In this document: positions 35,808 to 48,847 of the stretch, in pieces
How the letters are laid out: each line of letters begins with the position of its first letter
How positions within the stretch are numbered: the first letter of the stretch is position 1
DNA from: Neophaeotheca triangularis
Taxonomy: Eukaryota
Assembly: GCA_054600435.1 (NCBI GenBank)
Contig: BAAIJX010000031.1
Location: forward strand, 124,001 to 188,000
Direction: 5' to 3'
Length of the DNA: 64,000 bases
Program-made: the position numbers and the translations under genes
The notes under the pieces: model-generated
Told to the model about the DNA's origin: nothing
The model's database searches: none
What the model saw: the letters and a program-made list of their open reading frames with translations, nothing else

Positions 35808-37209
35808 TTACGAAAGCCCGCTAAATGTGCTACACAACTTGCCCTCCCTCCAAGCGCCCTTCAAGTTCAAAGTGTCGTCGATGTTGCTCAATGGGTTGCC
35901 TTCCACGAGCATCATGTCAGCACTGAGGCCTTCCTTGATACTACCGCGATCGCTGAAGCCGAAGCGCTTGGCAGGTAGAGATGTCGCTGCCGCAAGGGCT
36001 TCAGAAGGCGAGAAGTCGCATCGATTCACGAGCAGCGACAATTCTTGGTGCATGGAGAGACCCCATGCAGTGCCAACAGCTGGACCGGCTGAATCGGAGC
36101 CACTATGAAAAATTATCAGCAGGTTTCTGAATGCGTTCGTCTTACAGATACACACCACAGAACATCAACACCATTCCGTTTCAGCATCTTCACTGTGTCG
36201 TAAGAGTGCTGCACAGAACTTCCCGGGTTCCTCGCAAAAGCCATACACGCACACATCGACTCGCGGCCCCTCTCATCAAGCAGTTTCCCAACCCTCGGGT
36301 CATGGGCAAACTTCTCCTGCAACTGCTTTCCTTCCGTCGTCCCGGAACCCATACAAGCCAGAGTAGGATTGCACCAAGCATTGTTCTTCTGGTAAGCTTT
36401 CACCAATTCCTCTGTCGGCGCTTGATCAACAAAAGTATGCGTCAGCCCGTCCACGCCACACTCGAGAATTTCCAAGGTGTCTGCCAGACACGTCGCGTGC
36501 GCTACTGCTTTCAGACCAGCCTTGTGCGCTTCGGCAATCACAGCCTTTTGCAGCTCAAGCGACGGCTTGTTGAACTTTTGCCCCATGGTCGTGCCGGATT
36601 CGTGCATCAGCTTGATGTAATTGGCGCCCTCCTTTACGCGGTCAGCAACGTATTGCTGCGCGTCCTCGGCGGTTGCGAGTTTCGGCCAGCTGGCGATTTC
36701 AGCTCGCGTCTGCGGGTTGTCGTTGTGCATCAGTATTATAGGCGCGGGCCAGCCCATTTCTACTGTTGCCGCGAAGCTGGTGCATTTGAGATCTGCGCAG
36801 TCACCGCCTTGGATCTGTTTTCGCAGCTTTTCAATGTTGGGGTATTCGTTGTGCATGTCGCAGACTGTGGTCACTCCTGCGATTGCCATTAGCTGATGTT
36901 GCGGATGGGTTTGCACTAAGAACCATTCATTGGAAGGCTGGGGGATTTATAGAGACTCGTCTGCAGTTGGGACCTACCGAAACGAAGAGACTGCGGCAGA
37001 GCAATGTCATTGCCACTGTCGGCATGAATGTGTACGTCGATCAGACCTGGGAGCAACGTATGGCCTGGTTTTGAGTATGTGGTGCCGGAAAAGGAGATTG
37101 GTGAAGACGAGACTTTGGAGATTTTGCCATGTTCAACAAGAACGCTGCCGGACTCGATGGAGGAGGTCCCGTCGAAGATGCGGACATCTTTGATGAGGAA
37201 GGAGGCCAT
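35808..37209 (-). CDS. Metal-dependent amidohydrolase (imidazolonepropionase-like); exons 37209-36978, 36876-36156 and 36102-35808
   Basis: LLPGLIDVHIH, GVTTVCDM, YIKLMHE, AVAHA, DGLTH, CGSDSAG, ATSLPAKRFGFSDRGSIKEGLSADMMLVEGNP. Two GT-AG introns restore the frame. Confidence 0.9.
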
Positions 37210-38039
37210 GTCTCAGTAGTATAGATGCGTTAGATGAGTCTCGAGGTGTATACCTAGTCGAAGAAATAGGTTTCTGGACGCCGTTAATGAACTGTGGGAC
37301 AGGAAGCTTGCAGGAGTAATGAAAGGAGATGTCGTGTTCTCCTGCTACATCGGATAGTTATTGAGTAGGAGAGCTGCTTACATATCGTTTCCACTCCAGC
37401 AGCGCGTTTCGATAAAATCTTACCTTTCTCGTGATGATGTACCGTAGCCTTTTCGAGCGGAGCATTGTACTGCACTGCACTCTGGTCGGCGGCGGGGTAC
37501 CTTTGCATCAGCAACGGCTATGACCCTGCAGTAGCTAACGTTATCCGAAAGCGTGTTCAAGGCGTATTCGCAAAGGCCCGGATGAGGATCAATGTTCGCC
37601 CCTCTCGCGGGTGTCATGGCAAATATCCAAGTTGTCAAGGTTAAATTCGTTCCAGGTAGTCTTGAGGGGCAAGGGATGCTGTCAATTTTCTAACAAAGTG
37701 TCCCAAAATCGAGTCCCTCGTTGAAGTTGTTCGGGCAACTGTAATGCTAAATTGATCGTCCCGAAATGTGGGGCTGACTGATGAGTTCAAAGAGGTCCAA
37801 GTGTCAAACGACGTCCGACTTTACCTTTCCGTCTTCCCTGATGCGTTACGGTCTTCGTGTTGGGAAACCGGACGCCGGACGATTCTCATGTATCAACTCG
37901 TGAGCAAAGCCAGCCTGTCGTCAACACTGCAAAGGTAGGGCATACGTTCTCTTACACCACCTTCATATCAAAGTCGTTTCCCGAGCACCAAAACACTGGG
38001 CCAAATCCAATTAGCACTCAACACTTGATACCGTTCCTC

Positions 38040-39068
38040 ATGGCTTCATCGAATATGCCACAGAGAGTCGATGTTCACTCTCACTTCCTCCCACCTTTTT
38101 ATCGCAAAGCATGCGAAGACAACGGCCACGCAAACCCAGATGGCATGCCGGCCGTGCCACAATGGAGTCCTGAAGCCCACCTCGACCTAATGGACAAAGT
38201 TGGCATCAAAAAGTCCTACCTCTCAGTCAGTACGCCGGGCACGAACCTCGTATTCAACAACAGAGAGCTCGCGGCCAAGATCACCCGTGATTGCAACAGC
38301 TACGCCGCCAACTTGAAGAAAGACAATCCTTCTCGTTTCGGCACCTTTGCAAACCTGCCGATACCTGATGTCGACCTGTGCTTGGAGGAGATCGAGAACG
38401 CTTCTGCTGAGGGTTGTGATGGATTCACAGTTCTCACAAATGGTCATGGTTACTACCTCGGCGACTCGATGCTGGATCCGATTTTCGCAGAGCTCAACAA
38501 GCGCAAGGCGGTTCTCTTTATCCACCCGACTACGCCGTGCGCCGCGTGCGGTTCGTCTCAAGCTGAGACGGGTGAGACCCAACCTAAGACGGCAGTGCCT
38601 TTCGATACCTACCCTCGTCCCATGTTGGAGTTCTTCTTCGATGCAGCGAGAGCGGTGACTTCACTCTTCATGTCCGGGACGGTTTCAAGATGTCCAGATA
38701 TCAAGTTCATCTTGCCGCATCTGGGCGGAGCTATGCCGCCATTGCTTTCCCGATGGACAGGGTTCTCGCAGTTGGTACCGGGGCCTTGGGAGGGTGTGAG
38801 CGAGGAGCAGGTGCGAGAAGCGCTGGGGAGGCAATTTTGGTTTGATATGGCTGGTTTTCCCTTCCCAGGGCAGATTGTCGGATTGGTGCAAGGGAGTGGA
38901 ATCAGCCACGAGAGGCTGCTCTACGGCTCTGATTTCCCCTTTACCAAAGCTGATGGTGTGGAGATGCTCAAAGGAAAGATGGATGCGGGCATGAAAGGCA
39001 TGTTCAGCGACGAGCAGATATCTGATGTGTACTATAGGAATGCTGAGAGGCTACTGGGGGGAAGCTGA
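38040..39068 (+). CDS. Amidohydrolase_2 family aromatic-acid decarboxylase (6-methylsalicylate/ACMS decarboxylase-like)
   Basis: RVDVHSHFLPP, LSVSTPG, LFIHPTTP, PMLEFFFD, ILPHLGG, LLYGSDFPFT, YRNAERL. Confidence 0.9.
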   Translation: MASSNMPQRVDVHSHFLPPFYRKACEDNGHANPDGMPAVPQWSPEAHLDLMDKVGIKKSYLSVSTPGTNLVFNNRELAAKITRDCNSYAANLKKDNPSRFGTFANLPIPDVDLCLEEIENASAEGCDGFTVLTNGHGYYLGDSMLDPIFAELNKRKAVLFIHPTTPCAACGSSQAETGETQPKTAVPFDTYPRPMLEFFFDAARAVTSLFMSGTVSRCPDIKFILPHLGGAMPPLLSRWTGFSQLVPGPWEGVSEEQVREALGRQFWFDMAGFPFPGQIVGLVQGSGISHERLLYGSDFPFTKADGVEMLKGKMDAGMKGMFSDEQISDVYYRNAERLLGGS

Positions 39069-39923
39069 TTGAATTTGAAAGGTGTCAAGGTTGTACCAAG
39101 TCGTCGGCTTATGTAGACACTCGAACGCAGAGGATGGCTATTCACTGATCCTTTTGGCAAGTTTTAAGAAGTGGCATCCGACGTGTCGCGTGCTGTGGGT
39201 ATGTAAAGTGTGCAAGGATAAGCCCGTCGACGGTGGGTGGACAGGCTGTTTAGTAAAGCCTAACCAGAAGTCGCCGAGAGGGTGAGCTCAGTATGTGATT
39301 CTCAATGGTTCCATGTTCTCAGCGCGATTTCTCACCAATAGCGAGAGGTCAGTGCAAACCAAGGCGGCAGCGGCCTGTCCCTCAGCACGTTCGAATGGGA
39401 GGGTCACGCCTCATTTCAATACATTGCTAGGCCCGGAGGCGCCATTCTCGAAAGGAAGCGTGGGCAAGTACCTCATAGCAAGACAGCACCCGGACAACAA
39501 TGAAACGCACATTTCTATTCACGACGTATACCCCCACGGAGGCCCCGATTCTCTGGTGAGTGGAGATCGAGAATGCTGAACCGCCCACCTCCAGTGCGTC
39601 GAAGAGGTAAGTAAGGTGTATTCAAAGTCAACGCCAAGCCCTATCTTGCCTTGTTTCATTCTCGCGTTATTCGCCTTGCTTGTTTCTCAAAGAGTCTGAA
39701 GTCAAGGCTGTTGCGTGGCTGGATGCACGAGACAATGCTACTCTGTCTCCTCTTGAACCATTCATCTTGGGTAGTTGAAGGCTTCAATTCCATGGCCGCC
39801 CCTGCAATATCTGGTCGAAACACCTTTTACTGCATCCACTACCAAGACAAGACTGACAGATCCGACCAGCATACAGGCCCTGACCGTACATGTGGTGTTG
39901 AAGTGATCATGCACTTCCAGGCG

Positions 39924-41237
39924 TTAAATTTCTGGTTTCCTGCCAGAGACCACGTTGCTATAAAACCATTAGTCTCGACTTCCTCAGCCATCACTACACC
40001 TTACACTTACACGATGTAATAGGCATGGTTGCGCTTGTCGTTGACAGCGTTACGAAACTGGGCGATGAACACCTGTGTCTCTTCCATTGTCCACTTGAGT
40101 ACCTTGGTGAGCAAGAAGAGCGCCCAACCTTCGCAGCCTGAGAGACAGTAGTGGTAATTCCAGTACCCAATCTCTTTCTGTTTCTAAAAGCCGAATGAGG
40201 TCAACAAATGAAACTTGTGGAGAACTACGCATTCACGGGTGGTGGCTCACCTTTCCTTTCGCCCAACCACCGACAGGAAGCTTGAACCAATGATCTTGGA
40301 CATCTTCGAAACCAGCTTCCCTCATCAGAGGAGCGGCACGCTCGGTGATCTTGAAGGTCTTGCCGATATCCTCCCCAAGGTCAACAAACGTTTTGCTCCA
40401 CCGAGCCATCGTGTGGCTTGGGGGTACGGTGTCGTCGTCGCTGCGGAACTCAATGGACATGTCCAGATGCTGAATCCAGCCGCCAGGGTTGAGGTTGTCG
40501 AAGGCCCGGCTATACAGTCGAGGCCAGTCCTTGATGCTACCCATCTGGAGAAGTGTCAGCGGACTTCTCGGCGCTACATCGACCTGAACACATGCAAGGA
40601 ACCTCACTTACCATGCACCGAATGTGGATAAAGTCGAGAGGACTGGAATACACCCATTCTTCTTCAACGTCATCTATCAGGAAGGAGCAGTTCGGTGGCG
40701 TCCATGCTGGCTGAATGGGACTCAGGTCGACTCCAGTGATCTCAGCATCCGGGTGGCTATCGGCAAAATCGATAGCCCAAATTCCAGTTCCGCAGCCAAT
40801 GTCGAGCACCCTTCTGCATTTCGACGTATCCAATGGGATAATGTAAAGCTTCTGGTCGAGCAGCAGCGTGAGCATGTGGTGGCCAAGATCGAGTTGGTCA
40901 TTCTGTTGATCATCGTTCGGGCCCCAGTAGTCATTCTCGCCGCCTCTGTACTTGTGATATGTTCGACCCCATTCTTCGCGATTTCGAAGGATGGTAGAGG
41001 CTAGAGTGACCGTCTCTGAGGCACTTTTACGTGGTGTTAGCTTTTTTTCGGACGCTACGCTCCGAGACGGACCGTCGAAGCGTGAAAGCTTTTAGAGACC
41101 TACTTGTCATCGCCGAGTCCTTCATCTTCGTGAGGATCTCGATCCGAGTTGCTGTCTACCTGCAAAGAAGTCGCAGGTGAGTGTACTGGCTGGTATGTGT
41201 CCTCTCCTAGGACGGGGTCATGGGCTTCGTCGGCCAT
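39924..41237 (-). CDS. Class I SAM-dependent methyltransferase, LaeA-like (Methyltransf_23), multi-exon
   Basis: GRTYHKYRGG..YWGPNDDQQNDQLDLGHH, VLDIGCGTGIWAIDFADSHP, GVDLSPIQP, DFIHIR, NLNPGGWIQ, KLPVGGW, and terminal SGRKPEI. Internal exon limits in the 3' part are approximate. Confidence 0.88.
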
Positions 41238-42089
41238 GACGAGTCACGACACCAAGGACTTGACTTTGGAACCGCCGTGACACAGCTCAACGATGATAGG
41301 CACCTCCTAAAAATGATGCTAGAGAGACGAGCCAAGAGCTTCGAGTGTTGCTTTTCTACATTTTGAGCTCGTTGCGAATGTCAGCGATATATCGATACTC
41401 GATAGCCTTCATGATGTTGGGCTTTCCCGTGGAGTGGTAGCGAACTGATGGGGTATACTTGAGCGCCTCGACATGACGGCTCGGCTGTACGCAAAACCTG
41501 CCCTTCTACTTGCCCACCTCGCGTTCTCGCCACCTGTAAGTTATAGGTCCAAGTACTAAATGATGCGGACCCTTGACAAGCCACAATAATGCCTCATAGA
41601 TTGACAGTGCTCTCATCACATTTCATTGTTGCTTGCATTGTAGCATTCCGACTCCTAATGGCCTACGCCCGAGATACACCTAATGCGCTAAGTATACCTG
41701 GGTGCTGCTAAACAGCTATCCGAGCACCTCGTTGCTAGCGGGGTATCCAAAGTTATCCAATGGGGAGCCCTTGGGTGGCCAAGAAGAGCTACCATTCGGT
41801 CTAAGAACAATAATTATCAATGGTTGCATGCTGGACCATGGAACTACTGTAGCACCGCCTGTGCCGACCAACCTAGCTTCCGAGTCGACATGGCTCCGGC
41901 TCTCGTAAACAACTTAACGAGACATGATTGAAGCGAGAGTAGTGCGGTCAAGCACAATAATGCTGCAGAGCGACGTAGTGGTCTTTACGGTAGTGTGTCT
42001 GGTAATAAGTGTCGACCTACCCAAGTGAGCCTGCCACAACTCGACCTCTACCGATCCCCTGGTAACATCTACCTATTCGGACGACCAAG

Positions 42090-43676
42090 ATGACTCTACA
42101 ACCCCTCGGGGCGGCAGTGGAAAACAAGTGGACGGTAATCGCAATTGTAGTGCTGCTGTATGGCACCACGCTTTGCATCTACCGCCGCTTCTTTCATCCG
42201 TTGGCGAAAGTACCCGGACCATTCCTCGCATCGGTCACGAAACTCTACCAAAGTTACTACAACGCTCGCTTCTACCTTCAAATCGAAAAGCTGCACCAGC
42301 AATATGGCCCAATCGTGCGCATCACACCCAACGAAGTCCACTTTACCGACCCTGAGAACTACGACAAAATCTATTACGTTGGCAGCAAGTTCGGCAAATC
42401 CCCAAACTACTACAACGCTCTATGCGTGCCCCATTCGACGTTCGGCACGCCGTCCAACGAGGTCCACAAGATCAAGCGAGGAGCTCTGAACACCGTCTTC
42501 TCCCGCCAAAAGGTTCTCGATCTAGAGAGCATTGTCCAAGAGAAGGCGTACAAGGTCTGCAAGAGGGTGCAAGAGGCGATAGATGTCAACGTGGCGGCCG
42601 ACCTGCATCATGCTTTCCGTGCTGTTTCGGTGGACGTCATATCAGACTTTGCATTTGGTGAGAGTTACGATTTCCTCGAACATCAGGACCTTGGGGCAAA
42701 GTTCTTTGAGATGACCCATGGTATTGGCCCTGCCTTGTGGGCTTTTCAACAGTTCCCAACCCTGCAAAGTCTCGCCCTCAAGACCCCACCGTGGATGGCG
42801 CCTTACCTGTCGAAACCGCTGGGATACGTAACGGGGATGCAGATGGAGTGTGTGAGGCAGATTGAGGAGGTCAAGGCGAAGAAGAGGGAAGGCAAGGCTT
42901 TGGGGCGACAGACAATCTTCACCATGCTTCTCAGTCCGGAGAACAAGCCACAAGGATATATCGTCCCAGACACAATGCAATTGAAAGATGAAGCGTATAG
43001 CGTGTTGGCTGCCGCGGCAGACACAACGGGCAACGCCATGACCGTTGCTGCTTTCCACGTGCTCGACAATCCGCCGGTCTCTCAGAAACTTGTTGCGGAG
43101 CTTGAGGCCAGCTTTCCATTACAGAATGATGAGCTGCCTTTTGTGAAACTGGAAAAATTACCGTATCTGGTGAGTCTGCTCCAAAGCGAAAAGCGTCGCC
43201 CGACGGAAGCTGACCAACTACAGACTGCCATTATCAAAGAGGGTCTCCGTCTCTCCTTTGGGGTAGTCGGTCGCCTTCCCCGAACGGTTCCTCCAGGAGG
43301 CGCCTCCTTTGACGGCCATTACATTCCCGAAGGCATGCAAGTCTCAATGTCATCTTGGTTGTTACATCGCGACCCGGAAGTCTTCCCTGACCCGATGAAG
43401 TTCGACCCCGAGCGATGGCTCGCCAGTCCCGAGCAATGTCGTCGCCTCGATCGAAACATGGTACCCTTCGGTCGCGGCTCCAGACAGTGTGTTGGCATGC
43501 AACTGGCCTATTGTGAGCTCTACGTTACTCTCGGCACGCTTTTCAGGCGCTTTCCTCGGAACTTGAGGGCTGCGGACGACACCGCGAACACGATTGGCGA
43601 TTACGAAGACTTTTTCAGCAGCTATCATCCCTATAGCAAACGGCGACAGTGGTTCAGTGTGGTGGCCCCCGAATGA
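42090..43676 (+). CDS. Cytochrome P450 (trichodiene-oxygenase-like group); one intron at 43170-43223
   Basis: N-terminal TM and PGP hinge, YGPIVRITPNE, I-helix AAADTT, EGLR, FDPERW, heme motif FGRGSRQCVG. Confidence 0.95.
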   Translation: MTLQPLGAAVENKWTVIAIVVLLYGTTLCIYRRFFHPLAKVPGPFLASVTKLYQSYYNARFYLQIEKLHQQYGPIVRITPNEVHFTDPENYDKIYYVGSKFGKSPNYYNALCVPHSTFGTPSNEVHKIKRGALNTVFSRQKVLDLESIVQEKAYKVCKRVQEAIDVNVAADLHHAFRAVSVDVISDFAFGESYDFLEHQDLGAKFFEMTHGIGPALWAFQQFPTLQSLALKTPPWMAPYLSKPLGYVTGMQMECVRQIEEVKAKKREGKALGRQTIFTMLLSPENKPQGYIVPDTMQLKDEAYSVLAAAADTTGNAMTVAAFHVLDNPPVSQKLVAELEASFPLQNDELPFVKLEKLPYLVSLLQSEKRRPTEADQLQTAIIKEGLRLSFGVVGRLPRTVPPGGASFDGHYIPEGMQVSMSSWLLHRDPEVFPDPMKFDPERWLASPEQCRRLDRNMVPFGRGSRQCVGMQLAYCELYVTLGTLFRRFPRNLRAADDTANTIGDYEDFFSSYHPYSKRRQWFSVVAPE

Positions 43677-43904
43677 TGATCTCACGGGGAAACGAGTTGA
43701 TGACTTCCACATACGCCAAGTGAGCCAACGCAGCGATTCGAGAGCAAAACGAGACCTAGAAAGTACAACGTACATTTCTATGACCAATCTCAAAAGGGGG
43801 CACTGCGGCAGCACGAGTGACCGGAAAGCATCGACTTGGCTTCTACCGTGTAGCTTATTTTCTCAGGCAGCTTTAAGTCAGCGCTTTTCGGCGACTTCAC
43901 TCTC

Positions 43905-44430
43905 TCAACGTTTGTTTTCGCAAGCATCGCTCTTCGCCATCTCGCGTTCCGCTTTTTCACCACGGTCTTCCTCTGTATCGACCCCGTCGACCTTGACTTC
44001 CTCTTTGACATCTTCTGGTACGATTACCGAGCTCTCATGGAAATAGTTCGTGTTTGTCACCCATTTCAAGGTGACAAAGTACAAGAACAGCATTCCAACG
44101 AAGCAGCAAGCAAACTTAAAGGCCAGCTGCGTCATGTAGCTGCCCCCATTTCCGTCAATCAAGAAGCTAAATGATGCCAGTAAGCACGATCTATGCTACT
44201 ACGTAAGGGGAGAGCGTTCCAACATACCTGGCCATCATCCCCAAGGCCGTGACTCCGCAGAATACACCAGCCATGCGTGCTAAACGCTCCGGGTCACTGG
44301 TGAGTGCAGTGTCACATGCTCTAGAGTCGTGATCTATCAGACATGTTATCGAGCATTATCCTGCGTCCTAGAACACTTATTGGCAGATAGCCGGTAGCCC
44401 GTAGGCGCATTTACAAAGGCCCATGGCATT
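43905..44430 (-). CDS. Small multi-exon hypothetical membrane protein; 5' end uncertain
   Basis: Hydrophobic segments MAGVFCGVTALGMMA and LAFKFACCFVGMLFLYFV are separated by a GTATGT intron near 44227-44168, followed by an acidic/basic tail. Confidence 0.4.
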
Positions 44431-45393
44431 AAAGCGGTAGGCGCAACTCATCCCGACAAATACCTCGAAAACTAGGCCCAAAAGGCACCTTCACATTGAC
44501 TGCTACCTACCTGGCTTGTTTTCACCGGCAAATGGCACACGACAGATTTGGAGGACGATTAGTCGATCTATATCGAGAACTGCCCGCCGGCGCTGGCTAC
44601 GACAGCGTCAATGCTTCATATCGCTGTCCAACCTCGATGGTATTCGTCCCTTCGCTCAAGGGTGTTTCGCATCATCCATCTGAGTATTCGACGACGGAGC
44701 ACTAATGAGTTCTCTCGAGATGAAGCTTGGTAACAGCAAAGCTGACCACTGCACTACATAGCGCACTTGGCGCCCAAATACTTCTTGATGCTGTGTTGTC
44801 ATGCGACAGAAAGTTAGAAGCTCGAACGTGAGATGGATGCTATGACAAACGGTGGTTTCCTCGAGGTCCTCTTGACAGTTGACAAGCGGCCGGCCAGTTC
44901 CCATGTCGATGAGTAGTGTAACAAGCAGCGTCATTGACATGAGTCGCCGGGCCCGCCTAGGTATCGGAGGCAGATCGTGTGACTGCGGAACTCATCAACT
45001 TGAGGCGCACAATGCGGAGTGATGGGCGAGTTCGCATGAATGTCCTACCCAAGCAAACCTCGGTTGACCCAAGCAGCTGATGATTCCTGCATTCATACCT
45101 AGCTAGTCCAACACAAGAGCTTGCTTCTCGACTCTAGGTAAAACAAAACAAAATCTTAAGTCCGGCGAGTCCCTCTCTCGGTTGATAGCTAGCCGTCGTT
45201 CAAAAGCTAACTTAACGTCATGCCCGATTAGGAAGGTAAACAGCTCTTCGACTAAGGTTGCAGATGTCGTAACGTTCCATAGCGCTTATCAAAACACAAG
45301 ACAAGCATACAAGAACGCATCTTGTCCCCGACAAGCTCAAACAATGCATCTCTCTGAACTGATGCTTGGGTCATCTTTATCTTTGCATTCACC

Positions 45394-47612
45394 ATGAGCA
45401 TTTACCGCTGTTTCGCATTGCTATGGACTTTGGGCCTGGCAAGCGCGGTTTCTTCCGACTGCGACCAACCGGATGGACCTGAAGTACACATAGCTGTCGC
45501 CGACGGTGTCCTCAATTCCAACGTCAATGGAAGAGTATCACTGATGTTCGCCCCAGAAGGCACCGACCCACTGGCAGACACAGATGTATCGTCCTCGAAC
45601 GAATTCTTCGGCCTGGACATTTTCGACTTTAGTAGTGGAGAAACGGCAACGTTCACGGGCGAAAGCAGGCGATGTGCCCAGGCGAATGCTTTCGGCTATC
45701 CAAATGTCAGCATCGCCAGCGTTGCGCCAGGCAATTACACCGTCCAGGCGTTCCTTAACGTCTACGAGACCGTCACCCGGAGCGATGGGTCGACTGTGAG
45801 CGTTCGCTTCCCATGCGGTGATGGCCAAGCACCCGTTGCTGGTCCTGGCAGCCTTATATCATCTCCTCTCAACGTATCGATCACAGGCCACCCTCAGAAG
45901 ATCCATCTCACTCTGGACTTCGTGGAGCCGGCCATTGAGTTCTCTGGTAGGGAGATTGGAGGTTGCAATCAAGGGAACTACGAGGACACTGGAAACTTGA
46001 AGCACCTGAAAATCCGCAGTGATGCACTCAGTGACTTTTGGCAGCGGGACATGTATGTCGGAGCGAACGTACTTCTCCCTGCTGGCTATGATGAGAGCGA
46101 CAAGGATACCCGCTATCCAGTCGTATATTCGCAAGGTCATTGGCCTGGCGGCCAAGGCGCCTTCAGATATCCCAGCGCGGACTATAGCGAAGCTTGGGAC
46201 GAGGGAACCATCCCAGGAACGAACGCGTCGGAAAGTAGACCCGCCCCCAAGATGATACTTGTTACCATCCGCCACGAGTCTCCTTTCTATGACGATTCGT
46301 ACGGTGTCAACACCGCCAACATTGGGCCCTACGGCGATGCCATTAATGACGAATTGATTCCTGCGATAGACGAAGCCTTCAACACTATCGCAAAACCTTA
46401 CGCACGCATCGCCGAGGGGGGTTCGACTGGAGGCTGGATCTCTGCTGCCAATGTCGTCTACAGACCAGATATCTTTGGCGCCTGTTTCTCGTCTTATCCG
46501 GATTCGCTGAATTTCCACCGGCATCAAGCCATTCATCTGTACGATGCTGAGAATGCATACACTCGGAGTGATGGCTCGCAAGTTCCCTCTATCAGAGAGT
46601 ACGAGAATGATACAGAAGTCATTGTTGCAACAGTAGAGCAGGAGAACCATTGGGAGCTTACATTCGGCTCCTCGTCTCGGTCAGCATTGCAATGGGAGTG
46701 AGTTTCACCGCGTGTAGGCCCTTGAAATAGTTTACTGACCCGACTCCAGCGCCTGGAACGCCGTCTTCGGGGTTCAGGGCTTGAACAACTATCCCCTCGA
46801 GGTTTGTCGTTCCATGCTTGCAGCATTGCAGTTCACAGCTAACGTCCTTTTAGCCGTGGAACAAAGTAACGGGCGAGATCTACCACGGTGCAGTAGAATA
46901 CTGGGCTCCCTTTGATCTGTCTCGTTACATCTCCGACAATTGGGAAGGTCGCAAAAATCTAGGAGAAGTGCTCCGCAACAGGATGTTCATCTACGTGGGC
47001 TCTCGCGACACATACTTCCTCAACGAGGGTGTGATTGAGTTTAAAAAGAATGTCGAGGCTTTCGGAGGTCCCGACTGGGTATGTCAGAATATTGCACTAC
47101 AATTTATGACTTCGATCTAACCATGGCATCAGGCCAACATCACGGTGCTGGAAGGTCTTGCGCACGGCGGAAACTACAATAACCTTCCGCTTTGGGACTA
47201 TCTGGAGCTCTTGGACAAATGGTTCAAGGACCACGCCCCGGATGGTGAAACGCCGCTATCGCCAGAAGTTACCAAACCCCAGTCTGTCGGCAACGACTGG
47301 GAGACCGTCATCAGCCGCGGTGGCCGCGATGCTGCTCTCGGACGGCAGTCCCCGCCAGTGATTCACATCAAGCGTTGGAATCGCCAGACTATCCATGGAG
47401 CCGTGGGAAAGTATGATCCGGGTGTCGAGCTTGAGGCTCAATGGACGGTCAATGGTAACCCCGAGGGCAACAACTTTAATGTACAGCAGGGAGAAACTGT
47501 CACCTTCGATCGTAAGAATTGCGCGAGGCACGGAGAGCTACAACTCGAGGTGACGGCTCGGAAGTATGGCTATAGCCTGGAGAAGAGGGTCAGTAATCGG
47601 GTCAGGATTTAG
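45394..47612 (+). CDS. Secreted alpha/beta-hydrolase (Fes/esterase-like); introns 46698-46749, 46802-46853 and 47079-47132
   Basis: Signal peptide; VLLPAGY..RYPVVY; FYDDSYGVNTANIGPYGDAINDELIP; nucleophile elbow GGSTGGW; YVGSRDTYFLN; AHGGNY. The introns splice in frame. Confidence 0.85.
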
Positions 47613-48808
47613 TCACATCCTCCTCATAATGCCAAACAGTCACGCCCTCACTACTCTGATTGATGCTGTAGCTTTGCAGCGTCTCGCCGTTGTTGTGTAT
47701 TGGGGAGGAGAGGTATATGTGACCGAGACAGCACACCGCAATCAAAGAAGGCTCCCGTCTTTCCTTTCGTGTGGTAGGCCGCATGCCCCAGGCAATTTGT
47801 ATGTGGCGTGGACATGAGGATGTTTTATTGGATACAGTTAGAGCGAAGAGGATTCCCGCTGACCGGATGCCGGGTTGACGGGGAGGAGGGTACGATTTCT
47901 GGCACAACAGACTAGGAAGCAAGTAGTTTGATGATGGAGACATGCTAGAACAAGTAGCTGCCGCCTGCGACTGTGGCTACCAGGCATTGATATGGAAAGA
48001 GGAGTTCGAGGAAGGACATCGTCGCCATTGCGCTTGTTCACGAGCACCAGTTTGCAATCGAAGAAGCTGAGAAGCGCAGCCAGTGTCACATTGGAGCTTG
48101 GTGGCCATGCCAGCTGGAGCGCTGCGTTGAAACTTTGTCTGCACGCGCCCCCGAAACAGACAGAGAATGCGTAGGATGTCCTGGGTAGGAGGCTGCAGAA
48201 CTCGACGCTCAAAGATTTATTTGGAGAAACCCCGCCGTTCAAGATAAAAGGAAATTTAGGCCTGACCGCTGATGTTGTAGAGAAGTCGCCATAGAGCAAC
48301 GAAGGGAAAAGGACCTATTTGTTGCCCTACTTGCTGCCAAAATAGGCGGCGAAAGGGTTCCGTAACTGGACTGCGGGCTAGGGTTGTTGTGAAAGTAAAA
48401 CTTCGAATGGCAAGATGGTAAACTTGAGAAAGCAGAGCTCATCTCCGACCTAAATCAGGAGCGTGTACGGTTCGGATTGATGCAGGACGCTTGAGATGAG
48501 GCGCGAGTGCTCCTTGGCGGAAAGAGTGTGGGCGTGGTAGTACAGTGCATGGTCTAGAGTTGGCCGTCGCTCAAAGAAATGATCTTGATGGACAAAAATG
48601 CGTGAGATTGATTGCTCGGTGTTGCCACGTCCTTAACTAACGTTAACTAGTAGACGGCTCTTATATAATCGCCAAGATTCCTGGGTTTCGCGTAGAATGG
48701 TCCGTCCTGTGACTCCTGTCTTCTTATCTGCATCAACCACGATCAATCAACCATGATGGCGAACAGAGACATAAAACTGTGATGACTGCCTCCGGCCGGA
48801 CCAACATT

Positions 48809-48809
<1 letters not shown>

Positions 48810-48842
<33 letters not shown>
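48810..48842. repeat. (CA)16 microsatellite
   Basis: Direct reading. Confidence 0.95.
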
Positions 48843-48847
<5 letters not shown>

